Shown one piece after another: positions 19,056-29,549 of a stretch of 64,000 bases of DNA. Below the pieces are notes generated by a model. The model searched no databases. It had not been told where the DNA came from and saw nothing but the letters and a program-made list of their open reading frames with translations. This DNA comes from Actinomycetota bacterium (lineage in GTDB: Bacteria > Actinomycetota > UBA4738): the NCBI GenBank assembly GCA_036847185.1, contig DAIUAM010000001.1:2331-66330 (forward strand), read 5' to 3'. The position numbers and the translations under genes were made by a program. Numbering within the stretch: position 1 is the stretch's first letter; each line of letters opens with the position of its first letter.

Positions 19056-19213
19056 GTCGCCGCACATCCTACGGCCCGCCCGGGCCGCTCAAGCTTGCAT
19101 GCCCGACTGGCGATTCCCTACGTATGACGGTGGGCGCCTCGCACCGACGGTCAAACGTGGGCGCGTTCGAGACCGGGCCCTCGCCCCCGCACGTCCCGGT
19201 GGGAGGATCGCCG

Positions 19214-21172
19214 GTGGCTGACCGGCCCCCCGACTCGTCGCCCGGCCGCAGCGCCGACGTGGGCGTCGCGCTTTTCCTTCGATTCGTCCGCACCAGCCCC
19301 GACGCCATCGCCGTCACCCGCCGGAGCGACGGACGGATCCTCCTGGCGAACGCGGCCTTCCTCCGCCTGATCGGCTTCAAGCGGGACGAGGTGATGGGGC
19401 GGACCACGCTCGACCTGGGCATCTGGGTCGACGAGGCCGAGCGGGAGCGCCTCCTCGAGGCGGTCAGGCAGGGGCCGACCGGTGGGGTGGAGTTCCGGCT
19501 CCGCCGCAAGTCCGGCGAGATCCGGCTGGTCGAGTCCTCGGTCCAGCCCATCGATCTGCGGGGCGAGGAGTGCATCCTCGCCATCGACCGGGACGTCACC
19601 CACCGGAAGCTGTTCGAAGCCGAACGCCGGCGGGCCCACGAGCTGCTGCGTGCCACCGTCGAGTCCACCACCGACGGCATCCTGGTGGTGGACAACACCG
19701 GCCGGGTAACCTTCGCCAACGAGCGGTTCGGGCAGATGTGGCGGATCCCCCCAGAGGTCCTCGAGACGGGGAGCGACCGCAACCTGCTCGAGTTCGTGCT
19801 CGACCAGCTGCGGGCGCCGGAGGCGTTCCTGTCCAAGGTCCGGCAGCTGTACGGATCGGACAGCGAATCGTTCGACACGCTCCTGTTCCGGGACGGCCGG
19901 ATCTTCGAGCGATACTCGCGGCCGCTGATCCACGGACGGGGGCGCGAGGGTCGCGTGTGGAGCTTCCGCGACGTCACCAACCAGCGACGCGCGGAGGAGG
20001 CCACCCGCGATGCCGAACTGAAGTACCGGAGCCTGGTGGAGAAGATCCCGGCCATCACCTACATCGACGCCGCGCGGCGATCCGGGCGGACCCTCTACAT
20101 CAGCCCACAGACCAAGGACATCCTCGGGTTCACGCAGCAGGAGTGGCTGGACGACCCCGCCCTGCTCGCCACGCACGTCCACCCCGACGACAGATTCGCC
20201 TGGGGGGAGATGAACCGCCGGTGCGACCAGACCGGCGATCCGTTCCGGCAGGAGTACCGCATCGTGCGAAAGGACGGCCGGGTCGTCTGGGTCCGCGACG
20301 AGGCCAGCCTGGTCCGGGACGAACAGGGCCGGCCGCAGTTCTGGCAAGGGGTCATGTTCGACATCACGGAGCGCAAGCGCACCGAGGAGCAGCTCGAACA
20401 GGCCTGGCAGAAGGAGATCGAGGCGGGGCGACAGCTCCGCGCGCTGGACGACATGAAGAACACGTTCCTGCAGGCTGTGTCCCACGAGCTGCGAACGCCG
20501 CTCACCGCCGTGCTCGGCTCGGCGCTCACGCTGGAGCGCGAGGACGTGGAGCTGGCGCCGGAGGACCAAAGGAGCCTTCTGAAAGGGATCGCCAACAACG
20601 CCCGGAAGCTCAACCAGCTCCTCACCGACCTGCTCGACATGGACCGGCTCGCTCGGGGCATCATCGAGCCGAAGCGGGTCCGCACCGATGTGGGCGAGCT
20701 GGTCAAGCTGGCCGTCGAAGCCTCCGGCCTGTTGGTCAATCACCCGGTCGACATGCAGATCGAACCCGTCATCCTGGCCGTGGACCCGCCGAAGATCGAA
20801 CGCATCGTCGAGAACCTGCTGGCGAACACCGCCCGCCACACCCCGCCGGGCACGCCGGTGTGGGTGAAGGTCCAGGCCAGCTCGGAGGGCGCGTTGATCT
20901 CGGTCGAGGACGGCGGCCCGGGTGTCCCGCCCGCGCTCCGGGAGTCGATCTTCCAGCCGTTCCAGCAGGGCAGGTCCCGCAATCCCCACTCGCCGGGCGT
21001 CGGCATCGGACTGACGCTCGTCGCCCGGTTCGCGGAGCTCCACGGAGGGCGGGCGTGGGTCGAAGGCCGCATCGGCGGGGGTTCGGCCTTCCGCGTCTTC
21101 CTGCCCCGCGCCCCGCTGGCTTCGGAGGCCGTGGCCGGGGAGCCGGAGAAGCCGCTGTTCCGCGGCGTCTGA
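19214..21172 (+). CDS. Cytoplasmic multi-PAS sensor histidine kinase
   Basis: Three PAS-like repeats, HisKA VSHELRTPL, HATPase NLLANTARH / EDGGPGV / GVGIGL; no TM segment seen. Confidence 0.92.
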   Translation: MADRPPDSSPGRSADVGVALFLRFVRTSPDAIAVTRRSDGRILLANAAFLRLIGFKRDEVMGRTTLDLGIWVDEAERERLLEAVRQGPTGGVEFRLRRKSGEIRLVESSVQPIDLRGEECILAIDRDVTHRKLFEAERRRAHELLRATVESTTDGILVVDNTGRVTFANERFGQMWRIPPEVLETGSDRNLLEFVLDQLRAPEAFLSKVRQLYGSDSESFDTLLFRDGRIFERYSRPLIHGRGREGRVWSFRDVTNQRRAEEATRDAELKYRSLVEKIPAITYIDAARRSGRTLYISPQTKDILGFTQQEWLDDPALLATHVHPDDRFAWGEMNRRCDQTGDPFRQEYRIVRKDGRVVWVRDEASLVRDEQGRPQFWQGVMFDITERKRTEEQLEQAWQKEIEAGRQLRALDDMKNTFLQAVSHELRTPLTAVLGSALTLEREDVELAPEDQRSLLKGIANNARKLNQLLTDLLDMDRLARGIIEPKRVRTDVGELVKLAVEASGLLVNHPVDMQIEPVILAVDPPKIERIVENLLANTARHTPPGTPVWVKVQASSEGALISVEDGGPGVPPALRESIFQPFQQGRSRNPHSPGVGIGLTLVARFAELHGGRAWVEGRIGGGSAFRVFLPRAPLASEAVAGEPEKPLFRGV

Positions 21173-21180
21173 CCCGGCCG

Positions 21181-22836
21181 CTACTCCCGCCAGGGAAGCC
21201 GGACGTTCCGATCGCGGGCGACGTCCAGCGCCTTCTCGTACCCCGCGTCGGCGTGGCGCACGACACCCATGCCGGGGTCGGTGGTCAGCACGCGCTCCAA
21301 CCGCCCGGACGCGTCGCCGGTCCCGTCGGCCACCACGACCATGCCCGCGTGGATCGAATACCCGATCCCCACGCCACCCCCGTGGTGCACGCTCACCCAG
21401 TGCGCGCCGGCGGCCGTGTTGAGCAGCGCGTTCAGGATGGGCCAGTCGGCGATGGCGTCCGAACCGTCGCGCATCCCCTCCGTCTCCCGGTAGGGCGAAG
21501 CCACCGAACCCGCGTCGAGGTGATCCCGCCCGATGACGATCGGGGCGCTGACGTCGCCGGCGGCCACGAGCTCGTTGAACCGCGCGCCTGCCTTCGCCCG
21601 GTCGCCGTACCCCAGCCAGCAGATCCTGGCCGGGAGTCCCTGGTGAGCCACGCGCTCCTCGGCCATCCGGAGCCAGCGTTGGAGCCGTTCGTCCTCCGGG
21701 AACAGCTCGGCGACCGCCCGGTCGGTCTTCAGGATGTCCTCAGGGTCGCCGGACAGCGCCGCCCACCGGAACGGGCCCTTGCCCTCGCAGAACATCGGCC
21801 GGATGAACGCCGGGACGAACCCCGGGTAGGCGTACGCCCGGTCGCGAGCGAGGCCCCCTTGTTCGGCGCCCGCCCGCAGGTTGTTGCCGTAGTCGAACAC
21901 CACGGCCCCGCGCTCGAGGAACCCGACCATCGCGTCGACATGCCGGGCCATCGACTCGTAGGAGCGCTTCGTGTACTCCTGGGCGCCGGTCGAACGCAGC
22001 TCCTCTGCTTCCTCCAGCGTCAGGCCGTCGGGCACGTACCCGCCCAGCGGGTCGTGGGCGCTCGTCTGGTCCGTGACGACGTCCGGGTCGAACCCCCGGG
22101 CCAGCAACTCGGGGAAGACCTCTGCGGCGTTCCCTAGCAGGCCGATCGACACCGCTTCGCCGGACTCCCGCGCCTCCGACGTCCACCGCACCGCCTCGTC
22201 GAGCGAGCTGGTCTCCCGGTCGAGGTAACGCGACTTGATCCGCCGTTCGATCCGCGCCGGGTCGACGTCGACGCACAACGCCACGCCCTCGTTCATGGTG
22301 ACCGCGAGCGGCTGCGCCCCGCCCATCCCGCCCAGCCCGGCGGTGAGCACCAGCCGGCGCCGGAGGCTGCCGCCGAACCGCTGAGCGGCGAGTTCGCCCA
22401 GCGTCTCGAACGTGCCCTGGAGGATGCCCTGGGAGCCGATGTAGATCCACGATCCCGCGGTCATCTGTCCGTACATGGTCAGCCCGGCGGCTTCCAGCTG
22501 CCAGAACGTCTCCCAGTCGGCCCACTTGGGGACCAGCATCGCGTTGGAGATCAGGATGCGCGGGGCATGTGTCCACGTCCGGAACACGGCGACCGGCTTG
22601 CCCGATTGGATGAGCAACGTCTCGTCGTCCTCCAGGCCACGGAGGGCCTGGACGATCTTGTCGAACATCTCCCACGAGCGCGCGGCCTTGCCGGTCCCGC
22701 CGTACACGATCAGCTCGGACGGCTTCTCGGCCACGTCCGGGTCCAGGTTGTTCATGAGCATCCGCAGCGCCGCTTCCTGCGGCCACCCTTTGCAGGAGAG
22801 CTCTGTGCCCCGGGGGGCACGGATCTCGCGCGGCAT
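21181..22836 (-). CDS. hutU: Urocanate hydratase
   Basis: [68 protein letters not shown]. Alternative start at 22857. Confidence 0.97.
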   Translation of the reverse strand: MPREIRAPRGTELSCKGWPQEAALRMLMNNLDPDVAEKPSELIVYGGTGKAARSWEMFDKIVQALRGLEDDETLLIQSGKPVAVFRTWTHAPRILISNAMLVPKWADWETFWQLEAAGLTMYGQMTAGSWIYIGSQGILQGTFETLGELAAQRFGGSLRRRLVLTAGLGGMGGAQPLAVTMNEGVALCVDVDPARIERRIKSRYLDRETSSLDEAVRWTSEARESGEAVSIGLLGNAAEVFPELLARGFDPDVVTDQTSAHDPLGGYVPDGLTLEEAEELRSTGAQEYTKRSYESMARHVDAMVGFLERGAVVFDYGNNLRAGAEQGGLARDRAYAYPGFVPAFIRPMFCEGKGPFRWAALSGDPEDILKTDRAVAELFPEDERLQRWLRMAEERVAHQGLPARICWLGYGDRAKAGARFNELVAAGDVSAPIVIGRDHLDAGSVASPYRETEGMRDGSDAIADWPILNALLNTAAGAHWVSVHHGGGVGIGYSIHAGMVVVADGTGDASGRLERVLTTDPGMGVVRHADAGYEKALDVARDRNVRLPWRE

Positions 22837-22981
22837 AGAAGAGCGCTGCCCGCTCATAGGGGCAGCATCTTGCCACGCCCGCTCCGACGCAACAAGCCAA
22901 CCGCCCGATCCTGGGAAACGGGGACCGATTGGCTCTACTGTGGTGCCCCACCGACCGACCAGGCCGCCGACGGGAGGGCCC

Positions 22982-24190
22982 GTGGATGACGCAGCCGCCC
23001 CGATGCCTCGCGTCAGGGTGTTGATCGCGGAAGACGAACCGGCCGTCCGAGCCATCCTGTCCGCCCTGATCGACGGCGAGCCCGACTTCGTCCTGGTCGC
23101 CGCGGCCGAGGACGCCGTCGAAGCGATCGAGCTGGCCGACCTCCACCGACCCGACGTCGCGCTCGTCGACGTGAAGATGCCGGGCGGAGGCGGGCCGCGA
23201 GCGACCCGGGAGATCCTGGCCCGGTCGCCCGAGACCCAGGTCATCGCGCTGAGCGCGTTCGACGACCGCGACAGCGTCCTGGACATGCTCCAGGCGGGCG
23301 CGATCGGCTATCTGGTCAAGGGCACGCCCTCGGGTGCCATCGTCCAGGCCGTCCACGGCGCCGCGCGCGGGCACGGTTCGCTATCCATGGAGGTCACGGC
23401 CGGCGTGATCACCGAGCTCACCGACCAGCTCCGGCGCCAGGAGGATCTCACCCGGGACCACCGGAGCCGTATGGAGCGGATCGAGCGTGTGCTGGAGAGC
23501 GGCGTGGTCACCATGGCCTTCCAGCCCATCGCCGAGCTCCAGAGCTCACGGATCGTGGGCGTCGAAGCACTGGCTCGGTTCGGCGTCGTGCCCGACCGCG
23601 GGCCCGACGCATGGTTCGCCGACGCCGAGATGCTCGGCATGCGGCTCGAGCTCGAACTCACCGCGATGCGTTCGGCCATCGCGCAGATGGACGGGATCCC
23701 CGATGACGCCTACCTGGCGGTGAACGTCTCGCCGGGGACCACCATGACTCCCCGCTTCCTGGACACGCTGGACGGCGTTCCGCTGCATCGGGTGGTCATG
23801 GAGATCACCGAGCACGCCGGGGTCGACGACTACGACGGACTGAACGCGGCGCTCACCGCATTGCGGGACCGAGGCATCCGTCTGGCCATCGACGACGCGG
23901 GGGCCGGCTTCTCGAGCCTCCGCCACATCGTCCGGCTCTCCCCCGACTTCATCAAGCTCGACATCACGCTGACCCGTGACATCGATGCCGACCCCGCCCG
24001 CCGCGCCCTGGCCACCGCGCTGATCTCGTTCGCGTCAGAGATCGGGGCCACGATCATCGCCGAGGGGATCGAGACCAGGAGCGAGTTCGAAACCCTCCGC
24101 GCGCTCGGCGTGGCGTTCGGCCAGGGGTTCTACCTGGCCCGCCCGGCGGCCCTGCCCGTCGAAGGCCTGTCCCTGAACCCGCCTGGGTGA
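22982..24190 (+). CDS. Response regulator (REC) + EAL c-di-GMP phosphodiesterase
   Basis: LIAEDE...DVKMPGGGG...YLVK receiver; EAL motifs [35 protein letters not shown]. Confidence 0.92.
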   Translation: MDDAAAPMPRVRVLIAEDEPAVRAILSALIDGEPDFVLVAAAEDAVEAIELADLHRPDVALVDVKMPGGGGPRATREILARSPETQVIALSAFDDRDSVLDMLQAGAIGYLVKGTPSGAIVQAVHGAARGHGSLSMEVTAGVITELTDQLRRQEDLTRDHRSRMERIERVLESGVVTMAFQPIAELQSSRIVGVEALARFGVVPDRGPDAWFADAEMLGMRLELELTAMRSAIAQMDGIPDDAYLAVNVSPGTTMTPRFLDTLDGVPLHRVVMEITEHAGVDDYDGLNAALTALRDRGIRLAIDDAGAGFSSLRHIVRLSPDFIKLDITLTRDIDADPARRALATALISFASEIGATIIAEGIETRSEFETLRALGVAFGQGFYLARPAALPVEGLSLNPPG

Positions 24191-24411
24191 AGCCGACCGG
24201 CTCCATGGTCAGAGGGCCAGCGGACCAGCCTTCAATCGGGAGCGCATCTCCTCCACCGGCCGAACCCCGATGGCGAAGCGCACGGATCCCCAACCCTACC
24301 GGCGATGGGCATGTCGACCGGGTTCCGCCGACGAGGGGCTCCCGCGTCCGCTCTCCCATCGTGGACAATAGAAGGGCCGAAGGCCGGGCCGGGCGAAGGA
24401 GGGAGCCAGCC

Positions 24412-25797
24412 ATGCGCGTGATGGACACGTTCCTCGACGCGGTCGGGGACACACCGCTCGTTCGACTGCACGCGGTCACGCGCGGGGTCAAGCCCACCAT
24501 CCTGGCCAAGCTCGAGATGCTCAACCCCGGTGGCAGCGTGAAGGACCGCATCGGCCTCCGGATGATCGAAGCCGCAGAGCGCGAGGGGCGCCTGAAGCCG
24601 GGCGGGACGATCGTCGAGCCGACCTCCGGCAACACCGGGCACGGGCTGGCCATCGCCGCGGCGATCAAGGGCTACAAGTGCATCTTCGTCATGCCCGACA
24701 AGATGTCGCAGGAGAAGGTGGCGCTCCTTCGCGCGTACGGCGCCGAGGTGGTCATCACCCCCACCGCGGTCGCGCCGGAGAGCCCGGAGTCCTACTACCG
24801 TGTGGCGGACCGTCTCACCGAGGAGATCCCCGGGGCTTTCCAGCCGAACCAGTACTTCAACCAGGAGAACCCGAAAGCGCACTACGAGACCACCGGTCCC
24901 GAGATCTGGGAACAGACCGAGGGGAAGCTGGACGTGCTGGTGGTCGGCGTGGGGACGGGCGGGACGATCAGTGGCACCGCTCGATACCTCAAGGAGCGGA
25001 ATCCGTCGATCTCGGTGGTCGGTGCCGACCCGGAGGGCTCGCTGTTCAGCGCCCAGGCGGGCGAGCGGGCGCACCCCTACCTCACGGAAGGGATCGGTGA
25101 GGACTTCTGGCCGGAGACGTTCGATCCCTCTGTGGTCGACCGCTACGTGCGGGTCAGCGACCGGGATTCGTTCCTCACCGCCCGAGCCATCACCCGCCAG
25201 GAAGGGATCCTGGTCGGCGGCTCGAGCGGGACCGCGATGTTCGCCGCCCTCACCGTGGCCCGCGAACTCGACGCGGACGCGCTCATCGTCGTGCTGTTCC
25301 CAGACACCGGCCGCAACTACCTCTCGAAGCTGTACTCCGATTCGTGGCTGCTCCAGTACGGCTTCCTGGACCGTCCCGAGGTCGTCCGGGTCGAAGAGGT
25401 CCTGTCGGCGAAGCACGGCGAGACTCCCACGCTGGTCGGGGTCGGCGCGCACGACAAGGTGCGCCAAGCCATCGACCGGCTGCAGGAGTTCGGCATCTCG
25501 CAAGCGCCCGTTACCCGCGATGACTCGCACGAGGTAAGCGCGTTCGTCGGTTCGATCCGCGAACGGACGCTGCTCGATCGCATCTTCCGCGACCCCGACT
25601 CGCTGCAGGCCGACGTGGCCGAGGTCATGGCGCCGCCCTTCCCGATGGTCGAGTTCGACGATCCGCTGGAGACCGCGTTCGCCGAGCTGCAGCATTCGTC
25701 CGCGGTGATCGTGGCGAAACACGGCGAGGCGCTGGGCATCCTCACCCGGTCCGACCTCCTGGAGTTCCTGGCCCACGGCGAACGGTCGCGGGCGTAG
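24412..25797 (+). CDS. cbs: Cystathionine beta-synthase with C-terminal CBS domains
   Basis: GDTPLV, KLEMLNPGGSVKDRIG, EPTSGNTG, GVGTGGT, PDTGRNYLSK, plus a C-terminal CBS pair. Confidence 0.93.
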   Translation: MRVMDTFLDAVGDTPLVRLHAVTRGVKPTILAKLEMLNPGGSVKDRIGLRMIEAAEREGRLKPGGTIVEPTSGNTGHGLAIAAAIKGYKCIFVMPDKMSQEKVALLRAYGAEVVITPTAVAPESPESYYRVADRLTEEIPGAFQPNQYFNQENPKAHYETTGPEIWEQTEGKLDVLVVGVGTGGTISGTARYLKERNPSISVVGADPEGSLFSAQAGERAHPYLTEGIGEDFWPETFDPSVVDRYVRVSDRDSFLTARAITRQEGILVGGSSGTAMFAALTVARELDADALIVVLFPDTGRNYLSKLYSDSWLLQYGFLDRPEVVRVEEVLSAKHGETPTLVGVGAHDKVRQAIDRLQEFGISQAPVTRDDSHEVSAFVGSIRERTLLDRIFRDPDSLQADVAEVMAPPFPMVEFDDPLETAFAELQHSSAVIVAKHGEALGILTRSDLLEFLAHGERSRA

Positions 25798-25803
25798 CCT
25801 CCG

Positions 25804-26694
25804 GTGGCTTCGGTCCTCGGCGTCGACGTCTCGCTCGGACGCGGCCACGACGTGGTCTTGCTCGAAGACGCCACCGTCAAGGAGATGTGGAGCGGGGTCG
25901 GCAAGGACGGCCTGCGGAGGCTGCTCGAGGAACTTCAGCCCGCCGCGGTCGGGATCGACGCGCCCTCCCGGCCGGGCCTGGGCCTGCTGCGGGAGGAAGC
26001 CGAACGCGCGAAGCTGACCGTGCCTCCGGTCCCCGGCAAGCACCTGGCTCGTCGGGTCGCAGAGTATGAGCTCAGCCGCCGGGGGATCGGTTCGCACCAA
26101 ACGCACTACGACGAGACGCGGCTCTTCTCATGGATGACGGCCGGGTTCGAAGCATTCGACGCGGCGCGACAGGCGGGCTATCCGACGTATCCGATGGACG
26201 CGGTGGCCGCCCAGAACGCGGCGTTCGAGGTCTTCCCGTACGCGTCGTACGTGACGCTGGCCGGGTGCATCTCTCCGGGACGGAAGTTCCGTCTCGAATG
26301 GCGCCGCCAGGTGCTGGCCGAAGCGGGGGTGCGCGGCGTGCCGGAGGATGCCTCGATCGACACGGTGGATGCGACATGCGCAGCGCTGACGGCCGAGCGC
26401 TTCCTGCAAGGGCGGGGTTCAGCCCTCGGGGATCCTCGGGAGGGGGTCGTGGTGCTCCCCGTGGCGGCCGCCGCAGAGCACTACCGTCGGTGCGCCCCTC
26501 CCGGCGGCCGCCCCGTCCACCCCGCCGAGAAGCCCCTCCGGCTCTGCGAGTGCGGCTGCGGCACGACGGTTCGGAGCCGCTTCGTCCCCGGCCACGCCGC
26601 GCGGCTGAAGGCGCACCTGACCGAGCAGGTCCGGGTCGGGGAGCACGCCCGGACCGAACTGCTGCGGCTCGGCTGGACCCGACCGAAGGAGTAG
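25804..26694 (+). CDS. DUF429-like (RNase H-fold) protein with C-terminal CxCGCG...FxPGH module
   Basis: LGVD, VGIDAP, FEVFPY, DTVDA acidic motifs; tail CECGCGTTVRSRFVPGHAARLKAHL. Confidence 0.75.
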   Translation: MASVLGVDVSLGRGHDVVLLEDATVKEMWSGVGKDGLRRLLEELQPAAVGIDAPSRPGLGLLREEAERAKLTVPPVPGKHLARRVAEYELSRRGIGSHQTHYDETRLFSWMTAGFEAFDAARQAGYPTYPMDAVAAQNAAFEVFPYASYVTLAGCISPGRKFRLEWRRQVLAEAGVRGVPEDASIDTVDATCAALTAERFLQGRGSALGDPREGVVVLPVAAAAEHYRRCAPPGGRPVHPAEKPLRLCECGCGTTVRSRFVPGHAARLKAHLTEQVRVGEHARTELLRLGWTRPKE

Positions 26695-26700
26695 CCAAAC

Positions 26701-27828
26701 GTGGAGTTCGAAACGAAGGCCATCCACGCTGGGCAGGAGCCGGAGCCCGCGTATGGCTCGGTGAACGTGCCGATCTACCAGACCTCGACGTATGCCCAGG
26801 AGGCGGTCGGCAAGCACCGCGGCTACGACTACGCTCGGACCGGCAACCCCACGCGCACGGCGCTCCAAGCGGCGCTGGCGGCGCTAGAGGACGGCGAGGG
26901 CGCACTCTGCTTCTCCTCGGGCATGGCCGCCGAGTCCACGTTCTTCTACCTGCTGAAGCCCGGCGACCACATCGTGGTGGGCAACGACGTCTACGGCGGG
27001 ACGTACCGGCTGATCGCCCGGGTCCTGGAACCGGCCATGGGCCTGCGGTTCGACACCGTGGATCTCACGGATCTCGACGCGCTGCGGGCGGCCGTGCGCG
27101 ACGAGACCCGGGTGGTGTGGTGCGAGACCCCGACCAACCCCCTCCTCCAGGTGGTCGACATCCACGCGGTCGCCGACATCGCCCATCAGGCCGGCGCATG
27201 GTGCGTGGTCGACAACACGTTCGCTTCGCCCTACCTCCAGCGGCCGCTCGCGATGGGCGCGGACGCGGTGGTGCACTCTGCGACGAAATATCTCGGCGGG
27301 CACTCCGACGTGGTGGGTGGGGCGATCGTGGCGAACGACCCGGACATGCTCGAACGCCTGGCCTTCCTCCAGAACGCGGCCGGCGCGGTGCCCGGCCCGC
27401 TGGACTGCTTCCTGGTCCTGCGCGGGCTGAAGACGCTGGCCGTGCGCATGGACCGCCATTGCCGGAACGCCGAAGCGGTCGCCGGGTTCCTGGCCGGTCA
27501 TCCGAAGATTCAGCGGGTTCACTATCCGGGCCTCGCGCAGCACCCCGGCCACGCGCTGGCCGCGAGGCAGATGCGGGCGTTCGGCGGGATGGTGTCCTTC
27601 GAGACGGAGGACGAAGAGACCGCGCTGGAGGTGTGCCGCTCGACCCGCCTGTTCTTCCTTGCGGAGTCGCTCGGTGGCGTCGAATCGCTGATCGAGCATC
27701 CCGGACGGATGACCCACGCCAGCGTGGCCGGTTCGGACCTCGAGGTGCCCTCCAACCTGGTCAGGCTGAGCGTGGGCATCGAACACCATGACGACCTGCT
27801 GGAAGACCTTCGCCAGGCGCTGGGCTGA
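26701..27828 (+). CDS. metB: Cystathionine gamma-synthase/gamma-lyase (Cys/Met PLP enzyme)
   Basis: PIYQTSTY, YARTGNPTR, FSSGMAA, ETPTNP, DNTFASP, HSATKYLGGHSD, AESLGGVESL, RLSVGIE. Confidence 0.92.
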   Translation: MEFETKAIHAGQEPEPAYGSVNVPIYQTSTYAQEAVGKHRGYDYARTGNPTRTALQAALAALEDGEGALCFSSGMAAESTFFYLLKPGDHIVVGNDVYGGTYRLIARVLEPAMGLRFDTVDLTDLDALRAAVRDETRVVWCETPTNPLLQVVDIHAVADIAHQAGAWCVVDNTFASPYLQRPLAMGADAVVHSATKYLGGHSDVVGGAIVANDPDMLERLAFLQNAAGAVPGPLDCFLVLRGLKTLAVRMDRHCRNAEAVAGFLAGHPKIQRVHYPGLAQHPGHALAARQMRAFGGMVSFETEDEETALEVCRSTRLFFLAESLGGVESLIEHPGRMTHASVAGSDLEVPSNLVRLSVGIEHHDDLLEDLRQALG

Positions 27829-27883
27829 CCCTGAGAACAAACGGCCGGACCGACAGCCGCCTACCGGTCGGGATGGGCGATGC

Positions 27884-28048
27884 TCAAGCCTTCGGGCGCT
27901 TGAGGTAGGCCACCAGCGACACACCGCCTGCGGGCGTCGGCTGCGACACCACGTTCACCAGCTCCCATCCGTCTTCGCCGAAACTGTTCAGGATCTCCCC
28001 CGGGTTGTGGGGTAGGAGTGGCGCGACGAAGTACTCCCACTTCTGCAT
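27884..28048 (-). CDS. DUF4177-like small protein (54 aa)
   Basis: Manual translation MQKWEYFV...LNSFGEDGWELVNV...AYLKRPKA; GGAGG RBS; below the ORF-track size cutoff. Confidence 0.8.
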   Translation of the reverse strand: MQKWEYFVAPLLPHNPGEILNSFGEDGWELVNVVSQPTPAGGVSLVAYLKRPKA

Positions 28049-28071
28049 GGCTCACACCTCCAGTCGTTGGT

Positions 28072-28680
28072 TCACGAGGTCCGGCTCCGCGGTTCCAGAA
28101 GTTCGATCAGCGAGCGCAGGATCCGGCCAGTCGCCCCCCAGATCACGTACCCGTCCATGTCGTAGACGAACGTCCGGAACCGCTGCCCTTCGTGCTCGAA
28201 CTCCTCCTCGGTCCCCCTCGCGATCAGCTCGCGGAGCGGGAACTCCAGCACACGAGCGATCTCGGCGGCGTTCGGCGTGAAGCGCGGGTCCACCGTGACC
28301 CACCCAACGAACGGCAGGATCAGGATCCCGCTGACGTGGGTGTGGACCGGCGGGAGGGTGCCGAGCAGCTCCACGTCCTGGACGCGAAGGCCGAGCTCCT
28401 CCCGTGCCTCGCGGAGCGCCGCGGCCTCCGGCGGTTCGCCCTCGTCGACCAGGCCGCCGGGGAACGAGATCTCGCCGGCATGGCGGGACATGGTGTCGGT
28501 GCGCTCGGTGAACACCATCCGGGGCTCTCGGCCGGACGCCAGGATGGGGGCCAGCACCGCGGCCGGGACCGTGTCGGGCGGGTACCCGTCCAAGGCCGCG
28601 GGGCCGTGGCCGGCGGCCGGGCCGAGCACGCCGAGCAGGGTCGAACGCAGAACGTCGGAGGATCGGTCGTCCGGATACAT
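28072..28680 (-). CDS. CoA pyrophosphatase (NudL/PCD1-type Nudix hydrolase)
   Basis: FTERTDTMSRHAGEISFPGG...AALREAREELG Nudix box; IWGATGRIL. Confidence 0.9.
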   Translation of the reverse strand: MYPDDRSSDVLRSTLLGVLGPAAGHGPAALDGYPPDTVPAAVLAPILASGREPRMVFTERTDTMSRHAGEISFPGGLVDEGEPPEAAALREAREELGLRVQDVELLGTLPPVHTHVSGILILPFVGWVTVDPRFTPNAAEIARVLEFPLRELIARGTEEEFEHEGQRFRTFVYDMDGYVIWGATGRILRSLIELLEPRSRTS

Positions 28681-28761
28681 TGGTCGAAGCCATCGTACCG
28701 GGGCTCCGCGACGAGCCCCCAAGGAGTCGTGCGGCGCGGCTCTGAACGGGAGGTTGGGTCC

Positions 28762-29151
28762 ATGGAGCGGAGACGGATCAGCGCCAATAGGCCCTGGGAG
28801 CGCATCGTCGGGTACTCGCGCGCGGTTCGGGTCGGGAACGTGATCGAGGTCAGCGGGACCGCGCCCGCCGACGTCCAAGGACGGGTCCTCGCACCGGGCG
28901 ACGTCTACGGCCAGGCCCGGGAGGCCCTGCGGATCATAGGGGAGGCGCTCGGTGAGGCGGGCGCGTCGTTCGAGGATGTGGTTCGAACCCGCATCCTGCT
29001 GGCCGACGCCTCGCAGTGGGAGGCCGCCGGCCGGGCCCACGGCGAGGTGTTCGCCGATATCCGGCCCGCCAACACAACCATCGGCGTGAGCGGGTTCGTG
29101 GACCCCGAGATCCTCGTGGAGATCGAGGCCACGGCGATCGTCGACGGCTGA
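28762..29151 (+). CDS. RidA/YjgF-family protein
   Basis: WERIVGYSRAVRVG...VSGT...DVVRTR...IRPANT...LVEIEATA. Confidence 0.9.
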   Translation: MERRRISANRPWERIVGYSRAVRVGNVIEVSGTAPADVQGRVLAPGDVYGQAREALRIIGEALGEAGASFEDVVRTRILLADASQWEAAGRAHGEVFADIRPANTTIGVSGFVDPEILVEIEATAIVDG

Positions 29152-29186
29152 CGGCCTTCGGCCGAGCCCGCCGTAGAATGATTGAC

Positions 29187-29528
29187 GTGGAAACGAACAC
29201 GACCGTGGTGTCGGTGACGGAGCGTGCGGCCGAGAAGGCCATCTCGCTGGCGCACCGCGAGGGCTTCGCCGAGGCGTTCCTCCGGCTCCGCGTGCTGGCC
29301 GGCGGGTGTTCCGGCTTCTCCTACAAGCTCTCGTTCGAGCAGGGGGCGTCCGACGGCGACAACGTCGTCGAGTCCTTCGGCCTGCGCGTCCTGGTCGATC
29401 CGAAGAGCGCGCCCATCGTGTCCGGCTCGACGATCGAGTTCAGCGACGCCCTGCTCGGCGGCGGGTTCAAGGTGAACAACCCGCAGGCCGTGCAGGAGTG
29501 CTCCTGCGGTGAATCCTTCTCGATCTAG
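29187..29528 (+). CDS. A-type Fe-S carrier (HesB/IscA/ErpA)
   Basis: GGCSGFSY, NPQAVQECSCGESF; TAGAAT 7 nt before the GTG (leaderless); alternative ATG at 29178. Confidence 0.92.
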   Translation: METNTTVVSVTERAAEKAISLAHREGFAEAFLRLRVLAGGCSGFSYKLSFEQGASDGDNVVESFGLRVLVDPKSAPIVSGSTIEFSDALLGGGFKVNNPQAVQECSCGESFSI

Positions 29529-29549
29529 AGGACGTTCGGCGCGGCGGCT

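Noticed and set aside
24191-24411. Possible SAM-IV riboswitch upstream of cbs (GGTCAGAGGGCCAGCG resembles the SAM-IV 5' segment)
   Set aside because: The GGCAACC core is absent, and a GACAAT -10-like box near 24363 would place the segment upstream of the transcript. An Rfam scan would settle it.
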